DNA of 56,395 nucleotides. Source: Bacteroidota bacterium. GTDB lineage: Bacteria; Bacteroidota; Bacteroidia; UKL13-3. Each line of letters begins with the position of its first letter. The first letter of the stretch is position 1. Location of the stretch: positions 1-56,395 of the forward strand of contig JAIYDG010000641.1 of NCBI GenBank assembly GCA_027487625.1, written 5' to 3'. The notes beneath the pieces were generated by a model. That model did not search any database, was not told where the DNA came from, and saw nothing but the letters and a program-made list of their open reading frames with translations. The position numbers and the translations under genes were made by a program. This document shows positions 1 through 8,441 of this stretch, piece after piece.

Positions 1-60
1 AAATTCAAGATTGAAGAAGATTCACGAGAATTTAATGTTTACTTAGAAATAGAATTATGA
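1..60 (+). CDS. 3' end of an upstream gene, probably a LytS-type sensor histidine kinase (partial)
   Basis: Frame 1 is open (KFKIEEDSREFNVYLEIEL*) and its stop overlaps the ATG of the LytTR regulator (ATGA). The product is inferred from the usual LytS/LytTR pairing. Confidence 0.55.
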   Translation, partial: KFKIEEDSREFNVYLEIEL

Positions 61-755
61 TAAAAGCCATAGCATTAGATGATGAGCCATTAGCCTTAGG
101 CATTATTGAAAAATTCTGCCAAAAACTGGATTATATTAAACTTGAAAAGGTTTTTACGAAACCTAATGAAGCCGAATTATACCTTGAAAAAAATCAGATT
201 GATTTAGTTTTTTTAGACATACAAATGCCATCAAAATCAGGCATTGAATTTTTTAAAATTATTCCAAGCACTTGTAAGGTTATTTTCACTACTGCATTTG
301 CAGATTATGCCGTAGAGGGCTTTAATTTAAATGCAGCTGATTATCTACTTAAGCCATTTAGTTTTGATAGATTTAAAACAGCAATTGATCGTGTAAAGGA
401 ATATTATGATTTATTAAAATCAGACCCCAATCATGAAGACAATTATTTAAATGTAAGAGCTGATTATAGTTTGCACAGAATTAAACTTAATGATATTTTA
501 TACTTTGAAGGATTTGATGATTATGTAAAAATCATAACGATTCATATGAAACCAATTGTTGCCAGATTAACAATGAAATCTCTTCAGGATAAACTACCAA
601 ACAACCAATTTGTAAGGGTTCATCGTTCCTATATTATTCCACTAAGCAAAATTGATCAGGTAAAGAATAAACTTATTCTAATAGGTGAAAAGGAAATTCC
701 GATTGGAGGTGCTTATGAAACTGATTTCACGAAATATTTTGAAAAGGAGAAATAG
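57..755 (+). CDS. LytTR-family two-component response regulator
   Basis: Receiver motifs ALDDEP, FLDIQMP, FTTAF, YLLKP; LytTR motif FVRVHRSYII. Confidence 0.95.
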   Translation: MIKAIALDDEPLALGIIEKFCQKLDYIKLEKVFTKPNEAELYLEKNQIDLVFLDIQMPSKSGIEFFKIIPSTCKVIFTTAFADYAVEGFNLNAADYLLKPFSFDRFKTAIDRVKEYYDLLKSDPNHEDNYLNVRADYSLHRIKLNDILYFEGFDDYVKIITIHMKPIVARLTMKSLQDKLPNNQFVRVHRSYIIPLSKIDQVKNKLILIGEKEIPIGGAYETDFTKYFEKEK

Positions 756-760
756 TATTT

Positions 761-1015
761 ATGATTATCCGCATGTTTACCACCAACAATTTTTTATAAA
801 TATGGAGAATGCATTTTCAAAAAGTAGTTTGGTTTGAAATTGCTGTTTTTTATGAATTTAAGACCCCGATAGGTGGTCTCATGTTTATAGAAAAATGCTT
901 GAAATGAATTCCCCAAACCTCTGGCAACGCGGACCTTTGGTCCGCGTTGCCAGAGGTTTGAGGATGCTCTTCTTTACTTATTATTTTCTATAATCATGTC
1001 ATCCCTTCAGGATTT
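761..1015. repeat. Dispersed ~260 bp REP/REPIN-like hairpin element, copy A
   Basis: Colinear similarity to 56127-56384. Contains GACCCCGATAGGTGGTCTCATGTTTATAG (862-890), a perfect 22-bp stem 914-935/939-960 with TTT loop, and an inverted unit CTATAATCATGTCATCCCTTCAGGATTT (988-1015). Confidence 0.8.
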
Positions 1016-1084
1016 TTAAGAATTTTAAGAAAAAACATGTTTCTAATTCTAATTCATGATTTAAACTTGATTTTGTCGAGCAAT

Positions 1085-1212
1085 CGGTTGGTAGCTAAAA
1101 GAAGTTGGCAATTTCGAAGCACTAAACTGTCTGCCACCATTGAACTTGATACGAAGCACAAAGCTTCATTTAACCACTTAACCGCCAATTTCTTGTAGGT
1201 GCTGTTACAGGC
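1085..1212 (-). other. attC-like recombination site (R'' and L boxes; the R' remainder lies at 4236-4243)
   Basis: R'' GCCTGTAAC lies 36 bp after the lmuB stop. The inner inverted repeat CTAAAAGAAGTTGGC (1095-1109) pairs with GCCAATTTCTTGTAG (1184-1198) at 13/15 positions. Confidence 0.8.
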
Positions 1213-1248
1213 TGGTGTTTCTTGTCTGCATTGGATAGTTTTAAAGTA

Positions 1249-2961
1249 TTATTCTTTAATTCTAAACAGCTTTTCATTTTGGGATAACTTAACTACAAAA
1301 TATTCTTCTTTGTTAATCTCTTCTGGTAGTTTGTCTTTGAGAATTGAAGCGACAAATTGAATATTATTTCTGTTAACGAAATCAGAAATTTTAACTAATT
1401 GTTTATCGTCCATTAACTCTTTTTTATCATTCAATAAGAAATGCAGACACGGAATGTTTTCATCGTCAGCAAATAAAGTGTAAGCCATATCAAAACAAGA
1501 TATTTCACCTTGTTTTTTGCCTGAACTCATGTTTGCATTGAATGAACTAAACTTATATAAGCGTTGTCCTTTTTTATTGGTAATAATGTCTGGTTTAATA
1601 GCATATTGCTCACCATACAGTTCACTTGAAATAGAAGCAAAATGTTTGTTGAATTTGTTTAACTGCGTTTTTACAACCTGTTCAAAACTATCACTGAAAA
1701 GCTCGTTGTCAATTTCACTTAGTTGTTTGTTGAATTCTTTTATGTTGGAATCAACTTCATTCAATTGTTGAATAATATTTTCAAACTCGCCTTTCTTTCT
1801 ATGCTTTTCGGTCAACTCCACAATTACTTTTTCAAGTTCTTCAAACGAATCACTTTTTGAAATTGCAGATGCTACTTTTTTTTCCTCCTCAAGTAGTCGC
1901 TTTAGAAAATTATTATTTTCTGCAAGAGATTTTTCAAGAGCGGGTAATTCTTTGGTGATATATTTTACCTTTTCCTCAATCATTGTGTTATGAAAAGACA
2001 CAAGATCCGAAAATGATTTTTGAATTGTCTTTACTTTGGTAGTTGCTTGTTCATAAATGATTTCCAATTGTCGCAAGTCAATATCTGACTTGCTAGATTT
2101 AAGTTCTGCTTCTGTTTCTTTTATCAGGTTTTTACGAATGTTAAGTTTTCCAATACTTGAACTTAATTTATTGACCTCATATTTTACTTGATTCAGTTTG
2201 TCTAAATCTTTCTCAAAGTTTTCATTTAAGTTGAAACTACTTTTCTTCTTGTTCAGTTCTTCAATATCATTGTTTATAAGAGACAAAGCTGTTTCGTAAG
2301 CCGTTTTTGTTTGATTCTTTTCAAGTCGATTCTTGTATGTATCTTCTTGTTTAAGTTTGATCAAAATTTCCTGCTTGCTATTTCCTTTTGTGAATTCACA
2401 CCCAAACAGAAAAAGATAAAGTGTTTCGTATTCTGCATCAGAAGTATATTTGTCAAGTGTCTTGAGGGTGTTGTTTATATTTTCGTCTTTATAACGGATG
2501 TTGTGGGAAATGATTTGTCGGAAGGAAGGTTTGTCTTCAAGATGGTCAGGGAATAGAGTTTTACCAAGCTCCATCTCAAAATTTTCTGCAAGTATCTGTT
2601 GGCTATTTATCCTTCTTATTCCTTCTTTTACAGATGATAAAAAATTTCTTTCTATAACAACTTCATTAGCTTCATGATTATCTAAATCAGATGTTAAAGT
2701 AAGAGTAATTAGAACTTTATTTTCAATTAGAAAATCTTTCACAAGTTTATACTCATCTCGTTTCGTTTCAGGGTCAACATATATGTTCTTTTTATCAGCC
2801 CCCAAACAAAAATCTACCAATTTCAGAACGGTAGTTTTACCAACGCTGTTACCTGTTATTTGATGTTCACTTTCGTCAACAATCAAGTTAAGCCCTTTGT
2901 GAAATTCAATTTCACGAATGACTTTAGCACCGCTTGTTATTGTTAATGATTTTATGAACAT
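1249..2961 (-). CDS. lmuB: Lamassu/ABC-3C ABC-type SMC-like ATPase (DUF2326 family, LmuB-like)
   Basis: Walker A GNSVGKTT, long central coiled coil, ABC signature NMSSGKKQG, Walker B-like FLLND; third gene of an overlapping three-gene unit. Confidence 0.85.
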   Translation of the reverse strand: MFIKSLTITSGAKVIREIEFHKGLNLIVDESEHQITGNSVGKTTVLKLVDFCLGADKKNIYVDPETKRDEYKLVKDFLIENKVLITLTLTSDLDNHEANEVVIERNFLSSVKEGIRRINSQQILAENFEMELGKTLFPDHLEDKPSFRQIISHNIRYKDENINNTLKTLDKYTSDAEYETLYLFLFGCEFTKGNSKQEILIKLKQEDTYKNRLEKNQTKTAYETALSLINNDIEELNKKKSSFNLNENFEKDLDKLNQVKYEVNKLSSSIGKLNIRKNLIKETEAELKSSKSDIDLRQLEIIYEQATTKVKTIQKSFSDLVSFHNTMIEEKVKYITKELPALEKSLAENNNFLKRLLEEEKKVASAISKSDSFEELEKVIVELTEKHRKKGEFENIIQQLNEVDSNIKEFNKQLSEIDNELFSDSFEQVVKTQLNKFNKHFASISSELYGEQYAIKPDIITNKKGQRLYKFSSFNANMSSGKKQGEISCFDMAYTLFADDENIPCLHFLLNDKKELMDDKQLVKISDFVNRNNIQFVASILKDKLPEEINKEEYFVVKLSQNEKLFRIKE

Positions 2962-3179
2962 AATTCTATTTCGCCTTTAGGATTAAGTTTTGCAACTTCC
3001 AATAAATATAACCAATCTAAACAAAGTATAAATACTGAAAATGACATCTGCTTTTTTGATTTTACTTCTTGATATAAGTCAAGCATTTTGTAACTCGTAT
3101 CTTTTTTCAAAGAGTCAATTACAAATGCACCGTTATAATAGATGCTGTTGTCAGGATGTATGTTATCAGGTAGTAGCAT
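2952..3179 (-). CDS. lmuC: ABC-three-component middle component (MC6-like, LmuC-like), 75 aa
   Basis: Likely start ATG 3179 (MLLPDNIHPDNSIYYNG...FILCLDWLYLL). It overlaps both neighbours, and its size and position match ABC-3C middle components. Confidence 0.8.
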   Translation of the reverse strand: MLLPDNIHPDNSIYYNGAFVIDSLKKDTSYKMLDLYQEVKSKKQMSFSVFILCLDWLYLLEVAKLNPKGEIELCS

Positions 3180-4134
3180 AATTGTAGCTGTCTGGGTTTT
3201 CAAAAATTTTGCACCTAATAAATGCATCTACCACAAGTATGTTAATGCAAAGTTCAAGTTCGTCAAATGGAATCGAAGTATAATTGGAACTATTCAAAAT
3301 CTTTTCTTCCACTTTAGAAATCACAGAAAAGAAAAGTTGGTCATCAGTCAAGTTACTTTTTTCTTTTGCATATTCCTGTCTAATGGTTGAGAGAACAGAA
3401 CTGCTTTTGTTGCTCCCTTGTGAATCAAATTCTGTGTAGATTTTATCGACCCTACCATAATGAACTGTATAATCATTAATGATTACTTTTGAAGCTTTCA
3501 AATTGTTGTGGGAAATTTTTCGGTCAATCTCAAAGCTACTGATTTCAGAAACTGACTCTGACTTGTCCCAATCTTCTTTGGCAAGAATATTTATTACAGC
3601 TGCTAAGTTGGATTCCAATTTCATTGGGTCAATTTCTGCCACCAATTCTTCTTTCACAAATTGGTATATCTGTTTTTGGTCATTTATATGCAGTCCTCTA
3701 ATTTTTGAAAGGATGGAGTTTTTATCGATTATGTCAGCAGAGGGAGTGAAACTAATTCCGTGAGGGTTTTTGAACGTGTCTTTTCTTAAGTCGTCAGCAT
3801 CTCTTGCAATGGAAACAAACTTAAATGTATATCCAACATATTTTTTGATTGAATCCTTGGAAAGAGAAGATTCGATTTTCTGTTTGCTCGAAGTAGATGA
3901 AACTTGAATAACAAACTTGTTTGGATGGTCAATTAGATCAATTGCCTCAACATTTTGTTGGTTATCATTTTCATTCGTAACTGTCCAGCCATAAACTTCA
4001 TTTAAGAAATATTGGTAGAAGTTTTCGGAGTGTCCATGAAAGTCCAATATGTTCAACCTTCCTCTGGAAATTATCCTAAGAGCAAGAAGGTTTAAGCGTT
4101 CTTCAATAACATTAAAATAATTTGCCCTATTCAT
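3166..4134 (-). CDS. lmuA: Lamassu effector (LmuA-like): SMEK-type nuclease-fold N-terminal domain plus ABC-3C C-terminal domain
   Basis: N-terminal HSENFY...LN...N.N...NVEAIDLID...FVIQVSS (PD-(D/E)xK-like, SMEK family); C-terminal ILVVDAFIRCKIFENP typical of ABC-3C CTDs. Confidence 0.8.
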   Translation of the reverse strand: MNRANYFNVIEERLNLLALRIISRGRLNILDFHGHSENFYQYFLNEVYGWTVTNENDNQQNVEAIDLIDHPNKFVIQVSSTSSKQKIESSLSKDSIKKYVGYTFKFVSIARDADDLRKDTFKNPHGISFTPSADIIDKNSILSKIRGLHINDQKQIYQFVKEELVAEIDPMKLESNLAAVINILAKEDWDKSESVSEISSFEIDRKISHNNLKASKVIINDYTVHYGRVDKIYTEFDSQGSNKSSSVLSTIRQEYAKEKSNLTDDQLFFSVISKVEEKILNSSNYTSIPFDELELCINILVVDAFIRCKIFENPDSYNYATT

Positions 4135-4144
4135 CTTCTGTCTG

Positions 4145-4152
4145 CAAACTTA
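4145..4152 (-). promoter_or_regulatory. Bacteroidota housekeeping -7 promoter box inside the cassette
   Basis: TAAGTTTG (TAnnTTTG consensus) on the minus strand, 10 nt upstream of the lmuA ATG. No clear -33 box. Confidence 0.6.
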
Positions 4153-4314
4153 ATCATTTTAAACGTGAATTTTATTTTCATAAAGTGTCAATATTCTAGT
4201 GGTTTATTTAGTGTTATCGTTGTTATCTTACGCTTGCCTGTAACATCCGCCCTTAAGTCGTTGAAGGTTCGTAAAACAAATTTTAAGTAAAGAAGCGGAT
4301 ATTCGTAATAGTAT

Positions 4315-5040
4315 TTAAAATATTTCACTTAAAATTCTGTTGGAATTTAATTCAGGAAACTGATGTAAATGAAACTGGTAATACCTGATTAGGGCATCCA
4401 ATACTAGTTTTCTTATATCCCTTGTGGTTTCTATTTCAAATAAATTACTCAGATTTGAACTCAGTATTTGTTTTAAAAATAAACTTTCTTGACGATTTAA
4501 AACCTCCGATGTAAACTCATTTGATTTCACAAAAATCCCTTCTTTTAAACTGAAAAATACTCTTTCATTGTCATGGAAGTTTTCAGGAAAAAAGCCCAAG
4601 TACTTAGATAAATGTGCCATAAAAAAACATGGAACATTTGCTAAACTTGTTTCTTGTAAATCTATAAATTGAATCGTATTAAATAAAAAATCAAATAGTT
4701 GTTTGTCGACCTGATTTTCTTCTCTTAAACACTTATTTAGCAATTCAGAAATAAACAATGCAATAGAAGATTTTAATAAATCATAATGTATTTGATATAA
4801 GGTTGGAGAACATTTGAGTTCTTTTATTCTTTGCAGATTTTTATTCTGTTGATGAAAAGTATCAAGCTCAAGTAAACTTAATACCTGCAATTGTGATGGT
4901 TTTATTGCACCCTTTTTACTTCTTACACCATTTACCATGTAAGATTGTAGACCATACAAATCTGTATAACATTTCAGAACAACAGAATTTTCTGAATATG
5001 GAATAGTAGAAATAACAATTGCACGAAGTTTCCCTAACAT
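4315..5040 (-). CDS. recO: DNA repair protein RecO
   Basis: N-terminal OB fold (AIVISTIPYSENSVVLKCYTDLYGLQSYMVNG), LSKYLGFFP, FSLKEGIF; 241 aa. Confidence 0.9.
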   Translation of the reverse strand: MLGKLRAIVISTIPYSENSVVLKCYTDLYGLQSYMVNGVRSKKGAIKPSQLQVLSLLELDTFHQQNKNLQRIKELKCSPTLYQIHYDLLKSSIALFISELLNKCLREENQVDKQLFDFLFNTIQFIDLQETSLANVPCFFMAHLSKYLGFFPENFHDNERVFFSLKEGIFVKSNEFTSEVLNRQESLFLKQILSSNLSNLFEIETTRDIRKLVLDALIRYYQFHLHQFPELNSNRILSEIF

Positions 5041-5043
5041 GAA

Positions 5044-5316
5044 CTATAAAGAATTGTGGGCCAGTAAGCCTTCCTTTGTAGCTAAATAAGAATATGCCTT
5101 CATGTTATCAGAATCATAGATAAAACTTCTTACATATTCCATTTTGGCTTCGTCCCAGCGCATGGCAACAATCATCTTTTTATGTATCAAAGTTTTTATA
5201 CCATCAGCTACTATTGGTGCAGGAAGATTTACTTCTTCCAAAATATTTTCAAAAGGCTCAACAAAATATACGCTGTTAAGTATATCTCTTTCTAAATCGC
5301 TTAGTTCGTATACCAT
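5044..5316 (-). CDS. Small hypothetical protein, possible winged helix (90 aa)
   Basis: Likely start ATG 5316, directly after the GT2 stop. The pattern LSDLERDIL...IKTLIHKKMIV...YLATKEG resembles a wHTH. Confidence 0.6.
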   Translation of the reverse strand: MVYELSDLERDILNSVYFVEPFENILEEVNLPAPIVADGIKTLIHKKMIVAMRWDEAKMEYVRSFIYDSDNMKAYSYLATKEGLLAHNSL

Positions 5317-5317
5317 A

Positions 5318-6454
5318 TTAAATGTGTTTTCTTCCCTTCCAATTATAACCCGCCAAATTGGCCCATATTCCAATAATTAGAACATAAAGAATATGAAAAG
5401 GTTCGGCTATCAATAAAAATAAAATTAAATAAGAACGTTTAAAAAAAAGCAGTACATCAAACAAAAATAAACCTTCAATTAAAGCTTTAATAGCAATTTG
5501 AATGAATGCCAACCAAAGGAAATTATCATAGAATATGCTCAGAATAAAATTCAATAAAATTGTTAAATTAAAGAAATAAGCAGCTGCTAAAATTGCTGTA
5601 ATAGATCTATTTTCATAATGCGTACTCTTTGAAACCCAACGTCGTCTTTGATTGGCCAATTGTTCAACCGACGAATTGGGTGAAGTGCTTACCAAGGCGC
5701 GTAAATCTTTTAAAAAAAATACTTCATTTGGATACATTTTAAATACTTTATGTAGCAAGTATTCATCATCCCCTGAAGCAATATGGTTATTGTCATCATA
5801 ACCTCCCATTTCAATAAAAACTTCTTTTTTAAAAGCCAGATTTGCTGCACTACACATATTGGGTTTCTTAAGTCTAATGGCTGCTCCGCCAATTCCAACC
5901 AATCCGCTAAACTCTAATGCTTGGATATGTTCAAAAGCACCATTTGAAGAAAATTCAACCGGAGCATAAATCATTTTACAATTGTGTTCAACAATAAATT
6001 CATTAAGTGCTTTTAACCAATCAGAATTTCGCCTACAATCTCCATCAGTTAAAACTATCCATTCGGTTTGAGCAGTATTCACACCAAATGTAATAACATC
6101 CTTTTTGTTATTAATTGCTGAAAAGGTGCTTAAATCAACCAGTTTCAAGGGGAAATTTTTATTATCCTGAATAAATTTCTCTGTAATCTCTCCAGTTTTG
6201 TCTGCTGAATGGTCGTTTAAAATAAGGATTTCGAATAAATCAAAAGGATAATTCAAACTTAAAAGACTATTCAAATTTTCAAGTATCAATTCCTCTTCAT
6301 TTCTTACAGGAATTAGAATAGTAAACTTTGTTTTGTTTTCATTTTTAAAAGGTTCTGTTCTTTGTTTTATTAAAATCCAACCAATCCAAAACATTAAAAT
6401 CAAGACAAAATAAAATGCCAAAAGCGAAAACGAAACTATATACCAAGTTATCAT
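5318..6454 (-). CDS. Membrane-bound glycosyltransferase family 2
   Basis: ILIPVRNEE, LNDHSAD, LTDGD (DxD), SGDDE, QRRRW motif; flanking TM helices. Confidence 0.92.
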   Translation of the reverse strand: MITWYIVSFSLLAFYFVLILMFWIGWILIKQRTEPFKNENKTKFTILIPVRNEEELILENLNSLLSLNYPFDLFEILILNDHSADKTGEITEKFIQDNKNFPLKLVDLSTFSAINNKKDVITFGVNTAQTEWIVLTDGDCRRNSDWLKALNEFIVEHNCKMIYAPVEFSSNGAFEHIQALEFSGLVGIGGAAIRLKKPNMCSAANLAFKKEVFIEMGGYDDNNHIASGDDEYLLHKVFKMYPNEVFFLKDLRALVSTSPNSSVEQLANQRRRWVSKSTHYENRSITAILAAAYFFNLTILLNFILSIFYDNFLWLAFIQIAIKALIEGLFLFDVLLFFKRSYLILFLLIAEPFHILYVLIIGIWANLAGYNWKGRKHI

Positions 6455-7398
6455 GTTTTTATTTTATAAATGATGAAGTAACCATATAAAGCCGGAATAA
6501 TCATATTAATAATCCAAAGTGTATAAGAGGCCAATAATATGCCAGGAATATTTGAGGAAAACATACCAATAAACCAAATTGCAGCAGAGCCACGTAATCC
6601 TAATTCAAGCAATAAAAAAGAAGGAACAAAAAAAAAAAAAAAAAAGGTAGAAATAATAGCAGAAAATGCATCAAAAGCTGAAATTTCAACCTGAAAGAAT
6701 TTTAGTAATAACCAGAATTGAACCAAATAAGTACAAAATCTAAATACTGATAAAATCAGAACATTCAGTAAAAGATCACTTTTTTTTTTTTTTTTAACAT
6801 TAATTGATTCTTCATACTTCTTTAAAAATTTGAACTTATTCAAAAGTGGACTTAAAAGTTGGAAATTAAAGAAGATAAAAACAGAAATTATAGCTGCAAA
6901 TAAGCTAAGAATTGCTGTTAAAGCAGGCATTTCAGACTTCGACAGAACCAATCTCCAATAAGCAAACAAACCAAAAACAATGGTAGTTAAAACCTGAGCT
7001 GTATAACCAATTACGGCCAATAAAGCCCCTTTTAATTTGGCCAATTTATTTAGGTTTAGCACTCTACCTGCAAAATCTCCAATTTGATTTGGGGTAATAA
7101 TACTTAAAGCGATACCTGATACAACAGCAGATGTCGACTCTTTAAATGTAAATTGCTCGTATGGCTTTAATAGAACCATCCACTTTTTCACTTCCAATGA
7201 AATATTTAAAAACATTAAAGAGAATGCTAAAAAAAAGAAGAATAATGATTTAGGTTGATATAGTGCCACAAAATCTAAATACCTTTCATTAATATTAAAT
7301 GTATTGGTTAATTTGTAGCCAATAAATACAAATGACCCAATTAGAAGTACTAGCTTCAAAAATTGCAGTAAGTATTTCATTTGGGAATTTGAGTTCAT
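6451..7398 (-). CDS. Lysylphosphatidylglycerol-synthase TM / flippase-like membrane protein
   Basis: Multi-TM protein with ITPNQIGDFAGR and ELGLRG motifs. Likely start ATG 7398, since the longer ORF overlaps ruvC. Confidence 0.8.
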   Translation of the reverse strand: MNSNSQMKYLLQFLKLVLLIGSFVFIGYKLTNTFNINERYLDFVALYQPKSLFFFFLAFSLMFLNISLEVKKWMVLLKPYEQFTFKESTSAVVSGIALSIITPNQIGDFAGRVLNLNKLAKLKGALLAVIGYTAQVLTTIVFGLFAYWRLVLSKSEMPALTAILSLFAAIISVFIFFNFQLLSPLLNKFKFLKKYEESINVKKKKKSDLLLNVLILSVFRFCTYLVQFWLLLKFFQVEISAFDAFSAIISTFFFFFFVPSFLLLELGLRGSAAIWFIGMFSSNIPGILLASYTLWIINMIIPALYGYFIIYKIKT

Positions 7399-7410
7399 TA
7401 ATAGATTAGC

Positions 7411-7418
7411 TAAGTTTG
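7411..7418 (+). promoter_or_regulatory. -7 promoter box for ruvC
   Basis: TAAGTTTG, 40 nt upstream of the ATG. Confidence 0.5.
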
Positions 7419-7458
7419 GCGGCAAAGAAACAAAGGCAAGCGACGATAAACAAATACA

Positions 7459-8046
7459 ATGATTGAAAAGAAGGAGAGAATTATTTTGGGTATCGACCCT
7501 GGAACTATTGTTATGGGTTACGGGATTATCATAACTAAGGGTAAACAAGCGGAATTACTGGGCATGGGCGTCCTTAAGCTAGATAAATACGCAGACTATG
7601 CACTAAAATTAAAAAAGATATTTGAACGCACTGTTGGACTAATAGATGAATTTCATCCTGATGAATTAGCGATTGAGGCACCGTTTTTTGGAAAAAATGT
7701 TCAATCGATGTTAAAATTAGGCCGAGCTCAGGGTGTAGCTATAGCCGCTGCCATGAGCAGAGAATTAAGTGTTAATGAGTATTCTCCTAAAAAAATCAAG
7801 CAATCTATAACTGGCAATGGTAATGCAAGTAAAGAACAGGTTGCAATCATGTTACAAAGAATTTTCAAATACGAAGAGAACCAAAGTTTTTTTGATGCAA
7901 CAGATGGTTTAGCTGCAGCATATTGCCACTTTATGCAAAACACACAAATTATTAAGGCAACACCAGTCAAAAAGAGCATAAAAAAAGCTTCCAGTTGGGA
8001 AGCTTTTGTCAATCAAAATCCTGATAAAGTAAAAAAGAAACCTTAA
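7459..8046 (+). CDS. ruvC: Holliday junction resolvase RuvC
   Basis: [40 protein letters not shown]. Confidence 0.97.
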   Translation: MIEKKERIILGIDPGTIVMGYGIIITKGKQAELLGMGVLKLDKYADYALKLKKIFERTVGLIDEFHPDELAIEAPFFGKNVQSMLKLGRAQGVAIAAAMSRELSVNEYSPKKIKQSITGNGNASKEQVAIMLQRIFKYEENQSFFDATDGLAAAYCHFMQNTQIIKATPVKKSIKKASSWEAFVNQNPDKVKKKP

Positions 8047-8441
8047 GCATGAAACTGGCTTCTAATCTTATTTGCGATATCAGCCAAAGCTTCTTGGCTT
8101 AAATTTAATTTTTCATTAGAAAAATTCATTTCATTTATTGTAGAAAATGGAATTAAATGAATATGTGCATGAGGTACTTCTAAGCCAATAACAGAAACCC
8201 CAATTCTCTTATCGGGGAATGCTGATTTTAAACCATCTGCTACGATTTTCGAAAAAAGATGAAGTCCAACAAATTTCTCCACATCCAAGTCAAAAATATA
8301 ATCTACTTCAATCTTTGGAATAACCAAAGTATGTCCTATTGTAAGAGGTCTGATGTCTAAAAAAGCAAAATAATCTTCTGTTTCTGCGATTTTATGGCAA
8401 GGAATTTCACCACTTATTATTTTAGAAAAAATGCTGCTCAT
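8043..8441 (-). CDS. HIT family nucleotide hydrolase
   Basis: [26 protein letters not shown], histidine triad HAHIH. Confidence 0.95.
   Translation of the reverse strand: MSSIFSKIISGEIPCHKIAETEDYFAFLDIRPLTIGHTLVIPKIEVDYIFDLDVEKFVGLHLFSKIVADGLKSAFPDKRIGVSVIGLEVPHAHIHLIPFSTINEMNFSNEKLNLSQEALADIANKIRSQFHA

Larger units (their letters stand above)
1085..4243 (-). mobile_element. Solitary integron-type gene cassette carrying a Lamassu system
   Basis: On the minus strand it begins G|TTACAGGC (4244|4243-4236) and ends with an attC-like hairpin that starts GCCTGTAAC (1212-1204), the exact inverse complement, and finishes ...ACCAACCG| at 1085. Confidence 0.8.

Noticed and set aside
914-960. Central hairpin as a simple terminator of the LytTR gene
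   Set aside because: It has no adjacent U-tract, lies about 160 bp from the stop, and is embedded in a larger repeated element.
4244-4250. CATCCGC identical to the 3' end of tRNA-Leu (44128-44134), as an att direct repeat
   Set aside because: Only 7 bp, the intervening 40 kb is core genome, and no integrase is present.
4243-4302. Imperfect inverted repeat ACATCCGC...GCGGATAT beside the cassette junction as a second attC or an attI
   Set aside because: There is no AAC-containing R'' box at the right spacing and the pairing is short. It could be a weak recO 3' structure or chance.
7399-7548. N-terminal extension of the flippase-like ORF
   Set aside because: It overlaps ruvC and its promoter on the other strand.
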